Source of the DNA: Minisyncoccota bacterium
Lineage (GTDB): Bacteria > Patescibacteriota > Minisyncoccia > Phycocordibacterales > UBA2100
Direction of reading: 5' to 3'
Length of the DNA: 64,000 nucleotides
NCBI GenBank assembly: GCA_036517335.1
Contig: DATDWX010000027.1
Coordinates: 24,192 to 88,191, forward strand
The notes below the pieces were generated by a model that was not told the origin of the DNA, made no database searches, and saw nothing but the letters and a program-made list of their open reading frames with translations. Position numbers and translations under genes: made by a program. This document shows positions 18,335-26,900 of the stretch, in pieces (position 1 is the first letter of the stretch; each line of letters opens with the position of its first letter).

Positions 18335-19768
18335 ATGATCAAGGATATTGTCGAGACGACAGATTCGCAGCGGGAGGCCGATGTGTGCATTGTAGGAGCG
18401 GGAGCTGCAGGCATCCTCCTTGCGCTCGAATTGATGGAGGCGAGCCGCTCCGTCATCCTCCTTGAAGGGGGCGGTCTCACGCAAGATCTGCACGCCCAGG
18501 CGCTATACGACCTCGAATCACCGCTTCTTCCCGTGGGTAAGGATTCACGCGTGCGCGTATTTGGCGGCACCACAAGCGTATGGACAGGCGGATGGAAGCT
18601 GCTTGAGCGAGACGACCTCACGGTGCGCGATTGGATGCCGCTCTCCGGGTGGCCCGTGTCGTACGCCGAAATGGAGTTGCTTTACGACCGCGCGGCGAGG
18701 CGCGTGTGCGGACCCTCCACCGTCGACATTGCCGCCGTTACCCATGCGCAAGCCGCAGTGGATTTTTCGAAGCGCATTACCGAGAGCGGCGCGCTCGAGA
18801 CGACCGTGCTGTGGGAGCTGCCGGAGCGAGCGCGAGATTTCGGCAAGGTATTTCGGGCTGCGCTCGAAGCATCGCCTGCCGTACGGATCTTTCTCAACGC
18901 CAATGTGACGCGCATAGAGCGAGATGTCTCTCGTGTACGCTCCCTGCATATCAAGACATTGGAGGGCAGGGATTTCAATGTCAAAGCTTCCAAGTATGTG
19001 ATCGCCTGCGGTGGGATCGAGAACGCCCGTCTTCTCCTTGCTTCCGGCATTGGAAATGAACATGATCAGGTGGGGCGTTACTACATGGATCATCCGAAGG
19101 GCACGGTGGGCGCTATTGCCGCCGACGACTACTCTCTCTACAGCCACGTCATCACGCAGCAGCGGCGCGAGGCGGGCACGCTTATCACCGGCTTTCAGCT
19201 CTCCCCCGCTTTTCGCAGTGCGCGTAAGCTTCCTAATTGCTACGTGCAGATGCGTCCCATCTACGGGAAGCAATCCTTACCGAGTCGTGCAATGCACAAA
19301 TTCTTCGGCGTGCCGTACCCTGTCCGCGGCGTGCGTTTGCGTACCTTTATGGAGCAGGTGCCCTCGCCGCGCAGCAGGGTGGTACTCGGGGATGCGAGGG
19401 ATGCATTTGGTAATCCGCTTGCGAGAGTGGAGTGGTCGCTTTCGGAGCTCGACAAAGAAGGCGCGCGTGCGCTGCACCTTGTGGTGCAAGGCGAACTTGC
19501 GCGCGCGGGGCTCGGCACCCTCACCTCTGAAATCGTGGACCACCCCGAGCCGTGGCCCATTACCAAGGACGCATCGCACCATATGGGCACGACGCGCATG
19601 GGCGCTGATCCGCACACGTCGGTAGTCGACCCCGACTGCCGTGTACACGGAGTGAACAACCTCTTCATCGCCGGAAGCTCGGTATTTCCGACAGGAGGAA
19701 ATGCGAATCCCACGGCCACTATTCTTGCGCTCGCCGTGCGCTTGGCCGATCACATTAAAACAATATGA
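18335..19768 (+). CDS. GMC-family FAD-dependent oxidoreductase
   Basis: DVCIVGAGAAGILLALEL at the N-terminus and the C-terminal HHMGTTRMGADP...NLFIAGSSVFPTGGNANPT GMC signature. Confidence 0.75.
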   Translation: MIKDIVETTDSQREADVCIVGAGAAGILLALELMEASRSVILLEGGGLTQDLHAQALYDLESPLLPVGKDSRVRVFGGTTSVWTGGWKLLERDDLTVRDWMPLSGWPVSYAEMELLYDRAARRVCGPSTVDIAAVTHAQAAVDFSKRITESGALETTVLWELPERARDFGKVFRAALEASPAVRIFLNANVTRIERDVSRVRSLHIKTLEGRDFNVKASKYVIACGGIENARLLLASGIGNEHDQVGRYYMDHPKGTVGAIAADDYSLYSHVITQQRREAGTLITGFQLSPAFRSARKLPNCYVQMRPIYGKQSLPSRAMHKFFGVPYPVRGVRLRTFMEQVPSPRSRVVLGDARDAFGNPLARVEWSLSELDKEGARALHLVVQGELARAGLGTLTSEIVDHPEPWPITKDASHHMGTTRMGADPHTSVVDPDCRVHGVNNLFIAGSSVFPTGGNANPTATILALAVRLADHIKTI

Positions 19769-20874
19769 TGGAAAAACTACGCCGATCTCGCGTGCTCGTT
19801 TTTACCGCAGGCGATCACATCACCGCGAGCTCAAAATATCGAGCATTTCTTCTTGGCTCATACCTCACCGAAACGCGTCCGGATATAGAGTGGAAGCTAG
19901 TCGAGCCCTCCACGAAGATCCTGTCGTCGCTGGGCTATCTCACGCAAATGTGCGCTGTATTCTCTCAAGCGCGGCGGCTGTTTTGGCGACCGGAGCACGA
20001 TGTCGTCTTTATACAACGCGCCATCTACAACAAATTCGTTTTCGCCTTGCTTATCTTGCAAAATATTCTCCGCATCCGCCCAAGTATTTTTGATTTTGAT
20101 GATGCCATATTCCGACATTCGGGCTTCAAGACGCGCCTCTTGTGTAAGACGTCCAGTGCCGTGATCGTGGGGAGCCACTTTCTGCAGGAATATGCGCAGC
20201 GCTACAGCAAGCGTGTCATCCTCGTCCCAACGTGCATCAGATTTTCCGACTACGCGTCAATACCCAAGATGGGAGATAGATCTACATTCACAATCGGTTG
20301 GATCGGGAATGGGCCAGCGTCGCTGCCCGAGCTGCGCTTCATGGCCGAGGCGCTGAAGGAGCTGAATACTCGCACCCAGGCGTTCCGCCTTCTCCTCATT
20401 GGTCATCAGGGGCATCCGGAGATCCCGGGACTCTTCGAGTTTCTTCCTGCCGAGCGCAAAGAGCTCATAGATTATGTGAATGCAAAGACAGACGCTGATC
20501 TGATTCCGTATCTCGCGAAGATGGATATTGGTCTCATGCCACTCGAAGAAAGCGAGTGGAACAGGGGCAAGTGCGCATTCAAGGCTATTCAATATATGGC
20601 TACTGGCGCGGCGGTTGTGGCGAGCCCAGTGGGTGAGAATCCTGTTCTCATCACGCATCGCGTTACGGGAATGCTTGCCCCGTTAGAGGCTTCGCCTCTA
20701 ACGGGGCTTGCCGCGACCAAAGAGGAGTGGGCGTCGTGCATACAAGAGCTCATGCAAGATCCCGCGCTCCGGCAGCGCATCACTGTAGCCGCCCGCGACC
20801 ACGTCCGGGCGCACTATTCTTTCGAATCCCAGATCCCGAAACTGACCGAAGTCATCGACTCGCTTATCCATTGA
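19765..20874 (+). CDS. glycosyltransferase (GT1/GT4-like, GT-B fold)
   Basis: C-terminal AIQYMATGAAVVASPVGE motif. It contains an in-frame 29-bp palindromic insertion (see the repeat at 20678). Confidence 0.6.
   Translation: MMEKLRRSRVLVFTAGDHITASSKYRAFLLGSYLTETRPDIEWKLVEPSTKILSSLGYLTQMCAVFSQARRLFWRPEHDVVFIQRAIYNKFVFALLILQNILRIRPSIFDFDDAIFRHSGFKTRLLCKTSSAVIVGSHFLQEYAQRYSKRVILVPTCIRFSDYASIPKMGDRSTFTIGWIGNGPASLPELRFMAEALKELNTRTQAFRLLLIGHQGHPEIPGLFEFLPAERKELIDYVNAKTDADLIPYLAKMDIGLMPLEESEWNRGKCAFKAIQYMATGAAVVASPVGENPVLITHRVTGMLAPLEASPLTGLAATKEEWASCIQELMQDPALRQRITVAARDHVRAHYSFESQIPKLTEVIDSLIH
20678..20706. repeat. 29-bp perfect palindrome CCCCGTTAGAGGC-TTC-GCCTCTAACGGGG inside the glycosyltransferase coding sequence, flanked by the direct repeat GCTTG/CTTGCC
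   Basis: Read directly from the sequence. It has the same core as the other CCCGTTAGAGGC elements and encodes PLEASPLTG in frame. Confidence 0.75.
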
Positions 20875-20943
20875 ACGACTAGCCTGTTGATAACCACAGA
20901 GTGCCACCAGCGATAGTGCTATCGTGCAGCTATAAGCCAGTTC

Positions 20944-23900
20944 ATGAATAGAGTCCCTAAGCGGGCTTTCGTTGTCGTCCTTGCTACGGCTGTTATTGTT
21001 GGTAATGCGGTGTCGGCGTATGCGGTGGTTATTCCTCCCACTGCACCCGGCCAATCCGTTTTCACCATCGGCAATCAAACGCCAAGAGTTGACGGCTCCA
21101 CGGGCGCACTTACAAGGCACATTTCTCTCGATATTCCGCCGGGGCGAAGCGGATTGCAACCTGATATTTCGCTCGATTACAACAGTCAGAACACCGAGCA
21201 AGAAAGCCTGGTCGGGTATGGTTGGACGCTATCGATCCCGTATATCCAAAGGCTCAACAAGACCGGTTCGCAGAACATGTATGGTCCAAATGCGTACTTC
21301 ACGTCCTCCTTCGACGGTGAGCTCGCAATTTCAGATACAGGGACTTCCACCTCTATGACCGTTTTGGTGGTGGCCGGTGGCGGAGGCGGCGGTAGTGATG
21401 GCGGAGGTGGAGGTGGGGGTGGAGTCAAAACAGTCACTATTCCTATTACAACGCCCCAAGCATATTCAGTCACTGTCGGAAGTGGGGGCACTGCCGGATC
21501 TGCCGGTGCCGGAACGCACGGTGGTCAGGGCGGGGATTCAGTTTTCGACAGTACCACTGCGCACGGGGGCGGATATGGCGCTGCACCAAATGGCGACACA
21601 AACCATCCGGCTGCTGGTGGGAGTGGCGGGGGTGCGGGGTATGGCAACAGCACCTCCGTCCCTACAGCAGGTGGTGCGGGTACTGCTGGCGAGGGAAATA
21701 ATGGCGGTGGCGGTTTGAATGGAGTGTCATCGTATGGTGCCAGCGGAGGCGGTGGTGGGGCAGGTGCTGCGGGCGCTGATTCTCCAGGGGGTGACACAGG
21801 GGCAGGTGCGGGAGGCACCGGTACTTCATCATCAATAAATGGCACTGCGACGTATTATGGAGGTGGAGGGGGAGGCGGTGGATTGCAAGGTGCCTACGGT
21901 GGAAATGGAGGCAACGGCGGCGGAGGCGGTGGCGCAAGTGGAAGTGGCACGCAGGGCACCGGCGGTAGCAACGGGGGCGCAAATGGCACGAACAGTTCAA
22001 ATGGTACCGGTGGAGCCGGCGGTACAAACTCCGGCGGAGGCGGAGGCGGAGGAGGTTTTCAATCAGACTACGGACCGGGCGGCGCGGGTGGTTCGGGCAT
22101 CGTCATTATCTCGGCTCCTGTCGGAGCGATCACATCCGCAACGGGCGGAACTCATACGACCGCGGGAGACAATGATGTATGGACGTTCACCGCTAGTGGC
22201 ACATTTACCATTGTCAGTGTTGCCGACGGCGCTTCAGATTCGCCAGCTTCATCAACCTATCGCGCCCGGGTAGACGACGGATCATTTCGCTCATACTCAT
22301 ATGCCACCTCGAGCAATTCATGGACGATGTACGATAAGAAGGGGACTCGATACCTTTTTGGTGCGAGCAGTCAGGGTCAGCAGAGCGCCACCACAAGTCC
22401 GAGCAGTGTATATAAATGGATGCTCGAAGAAGTACGCGACACCAACGACAATTATATTTCCTATACATACTTGAAAGATGAGAATCAGATATATCCGTAC
22501 CAAATCAAGTACACGGGCAATGGCGTTTCCGACGGTCCGAGTACTATTACAATTGCCACATCCACCAGAAGCGACCAGGCGGTAAGCTATAAATCCGGAT
22601 TCAAGGTCTTGACCGCGTATCGCATCTCCCAAATTACCGCGACTTTCAATAGTACAAACGTGCGCCAGTGGGCACTTGGATACGGTACCGGCAACAATGG
22701 CTCGCGCTCACTTCTCACAAGCATTCAAGAAACCGGCTGGAATGACGCAGGCACTCAAACCACGCTCCCTGCCGCGACCTTCGAGTATGTCAGCACCACC
22801 ACGCCGTTCTACGGGCCCAATCTTGGTACCAATGTTGTAGGTTCTGCGTACGTCGTTGCTGATTCCGAGGGGGACGGCATAAATGGCATCAGCATATTGT
22901 ATCTGGACGGGGGGAGTAATAAAGGAAAGATCATAAGTCCTGACGGCAACACCACAACAAATTTGACATCCCCAGCGCCACCTGAAGAGTGGTCGAATAG
23001 TGGGGGAGGGGCCCCGCTACCCACCTATTTGGCTGATGAGCGCGGCGTGCGCTATCTCGACGTTAACGCTGACGGGAAGCCAGACGTGGTGCGCGGCATC
23101 AAAGATGATTATGCGGCCACGACCACCAAGCAAATATATGAAAATACGTATGCCGCAACATCAACCTACGGCTGGACCAATGGGATCTCATGGAGTGGAA
23201 CCATTCCGGAATTCGCATACAAAAGCGATTCCACGCATAGTTGGACGACGGGTATTTTCGGGGATATCAATGGCGATGGCTTGCCCGATTATGAAGAGTC
23301 GCTCAACAACACCGGCGGCGCCATTACCAACGGCGCATATTTGGGCAATGGTACTGCATGGGATGCTGCTACCACCACCATATTCGCAGCCATGAATGTC
23401 ATGCCGGATTCTGTAAGCGGCCCGACAGTCTACAATCCACAACTGATCGATATCAACGGCGACAGTCTCGCCGATTGGGTGTCTTCGGACAGTTCTAATA
23501 CCTACGTACAGCTCAACACCGGGACGGGCTGGGTATACGACACCCGCTGGATCATCGCCACTTCCACGCTCTATCATTCCACTTCACCAGGCAACACCTA
23601 CTACGACCGTGGCATTCGGTTTATGGATATGAACGGCGATGGGCTGCCCGATTTTGTGCGTGCTTATGCCAACGCCCCCTTTACCGGTAGTGTCACCGAG
23701 CCAGAAATTGAGGTGGCAACGATAAGCTTGGTGCTTCTCAATACCGGGTCCGGATGGGCTACCAGTACTGCATACACTCTCGCCCCGATCGCATCCCCGT
23801 ATCATGATTCCGGCACGTCGTGGACAAGCGGGGTGATCGTCTACAACGAATATGCAAATTGGATAGGCAATGGCCAGATGCAACAAGACGTGCTTGCGAC

Positions 23901-26900
23901 CACGACCTCATCCAAGGGGGGTAGTACGACGGTTTCCTACGGATTGACGACGCAAACGAGCGCGAATACACAGCTGCCCTATGCACTGCTGACGGTCAAT
24001 TCAATTACAGATCACGATGGTCGCGGGAGCAATGAACGAACCGATTACGCATATTCGGGTGGGTTGCAATACCTTCCTTCCAATGTGTACGACCGCAAAT
24101 TTGCAGGCTTTGCAAGCACCACCGAAACGCGCCCCGACAAAACGACTGTCCGGTATTACCATCAAGGCACTCTTATGCAAACCGCGCTCGGCGAGCAGAG
24201 CAACGGATACGCCCACATCAATCATCCGTTCCGCGAAGATGTGTTTACTCCCAGCGGTACATCGGTACAAAAGACCTTCTATCGGTGGGACCCGTATACC
24301 AATGCGAGCAGCACACTCATTCTTCTCGGTAGGAAGTTGGAGCAAAACTATGCGAGCAATGGCACGCACCGCGATAAGGATACGGATTATGCATACGCGA
24401 CCAGTACGGGAGATATAATACGCATCAACGATTTCGGCGAAGTGAGCGGCAATTCCAACGGCACATTCAGCGACATTTCAGGCGATTCCCGCACTACGCG
24501 CTTTACCTATGCCGCGAGCAGCTCGGTATTCATGAGTGTCCCTATCCAAAAGACATTGCTCGACAACAGTTCCGCTACGAGTACTGATACGAAACTCTAT
24601 TACGACTCGCTTGCATTTGGGTCGGTGGGGCGTGGGAATCAGACAATGCAGAAAGATTGGATCTCGGGTGATACCTACGCTTCTACCACAAGAGCCTACA
24701 ACACATACGGCCTCGCGAGCAGCTCGACGGATAGGGGTGGCAACCTCACTTCCTACGTGTACGACAGCTTCAACCTATATCCCGCCACGAGCACCAATGC
24801 GTCTTCGCAATCCACACGCTTCACCTACAATTATTCAAACGGCAAGACAGCCACGACGACAGATCCAAATACCGCAATAGCCAAAAATATGTACGATGGC
24901 GTCGGACGACTAACAGAAATGTATCAATCCGACACCTCTAATCCGAGCACACTCGTTACCAAGGCCACCTACACGTTCACCGACAGCACGTCCACACCCT
25001 CTTTGATACGAGTTACGCAATACCTCAACTCCGCGACGACGACCGATACCTACACCTTTTATGACGGTCTGAACCGCCCCATTCAGGAGCGCAAATCCAC
25101 AGAGACCGCCGGCACCTACGCGACCACTGATCGCATCTACCACAGGGTGGGCAACCTGGCCTCGACAACGCTTCCGTATTTCTCATCGGGCACCTCGCTT
25201 ACGACAGCCACGAGTACCACCGCCCTCTATACCGAATTTCTCTACGATCCACTCGGTCGTCCCACGAAGGTCTCCAACTCTGTGGGCAGCACCACGAATA
25301 CATACGGGAAGTGGACGACCACTACGGTTGATCCAAACGGCAGTATCAAAGAGTATCTACTTGATGCGTACGGCAATCTCTCGCAGGTCGTGGAGCACGC
25401 TACCTCCACTGCGACCACGACGTATACATACGACGCTGCGGGCAACCTAGCATTGATCACCGATGCAGCATCGAGCACACGCGCTTTCACCTACGATGGA
25501 TTGGGGAGACGCACGGGCGCGCAGGATCTCCACGCGAGCGGCGATGCAACCTTCGGATCATGGTCGTACAGCTACGACGATGTAGGCAACCTTACGTCGC
25601 AGACCGATCCCAAGGCCCAGGTCATCACGCACACATTCGACGCGCTCAATCGCATGGTAACGGAAGCTTTGAGCGGCTCCGGAGTGCAGATCACCAACAC
25701 CTATGATTCATGTACCTACGGCGTCGGGCGACTCTGCAGCGCATCGAGTACTGCTGCACTCAATGCCTATGAATACGATGTGCTCGGCCGCACCAGCATT
25801 GCCACCAGTACCGTCAACGGTACTGGATATGCGACGGTGTATGGATATGATCGCCAGGGCAACCAAACATCCATTACATACCCGGACAAACGAGAAGTGA
25901 GCTACGTCTACAACGCCGCGGGTCTGATGAACTCGGTCAGTACCAAGCCGGTGGGCGGCGCATACTCGTCCGTTCTATCTGCCACGACGTACGCACCGGA
26001 TGGTAAACCTCTTACGAAACTCTTCGGCAACGGCGTCGAAACCACCTATACCTACGATCCCCTTCTGCAGTATCGTCTAACCCGGATGTTGACGGGCACC
26101 AATGCGGGCACGTCCACGGAAATCGTGCCGCTGGTGAGCGACCCGGTGGCGTACTGGAATCTGGATGAATCAAACGGGGTTGCCTACGATGCCATTGCCT
26201 CCAACGACCTCACCAACAACAATAGTGTTTCCTACGCGACCGGTACGATAAGCAATGCCGCTACCTTCGTAGCTGCCAATTCGCAATCGCTCCAGAAACT
26301 CACCGCTTCTGGCTTACCCACAGGTAGTGAGTCCATCGCCGCGTGGGTGAAATTCACGTCGCTTCCTGTAAGTACATGGTATGGCATCGTGGAGCAGGGC
26401 AACGCCGCGACGTCTTCAAAATTTGGCCTCACGATCACCGATGATCCGGTAGGGGCAGACAACCTCTACTCGTTGGCCATTGATCACTTCGGCGGCACCA
26501 ATGTGTATAGCGATGCCTGGTCTGGCGTGGCGACCGGCACATGGTATCACGTGGCCGCTACCTATGATGGGACCAATTTTCGCTGGTATGTAAACGGATC
26601 GCAGCTCGGCGCGGCAAAGGGCGCAGGCACGCAGACGACCAGCGGCGCGCAGATCGTGGTGGGAGCCATGATAGACAGCTCCTTGGAAAACTTCCTCAAC
26701 GGTTCCGTGGATGAGGTCGGGGTGTGGGACAACGTCTTGACGCAAAGCGAACTCACGGCGCTCTACAACGCGGGCGCGGGAGAGGCATATCCCTTCGGCA
26801 CTACCACGGTCAGCACGTATGGCTACGCCAACCTCATTCAGGATTTGAATTACACGTATGATGCGGTGGGCAACATTACGAATGTCACGAATAATTCCAC

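Noticed and set aside
18545-19753. Minus-strand ORFs of 150-240 aa overlapping the GMC oxidoreductase
   Set aside because: They are antisense to a frame with strong GMC signatures at both termini and give Arg/His-rich junk translations.
21186-22027. Several Pro-rich or His/Arg-rich ORFs (for example 21186..21491-, 21525..21845-, 21662..22027-, 27213..27488-) overlapping the Gly-rich segments
   Set aside because: They are reverse-strand or out-of-frame readings of GGN-rich DNA (CCN gives Pro). They lie wholly inside the well-supported RHS coding frame and have no start or stop context of their own.
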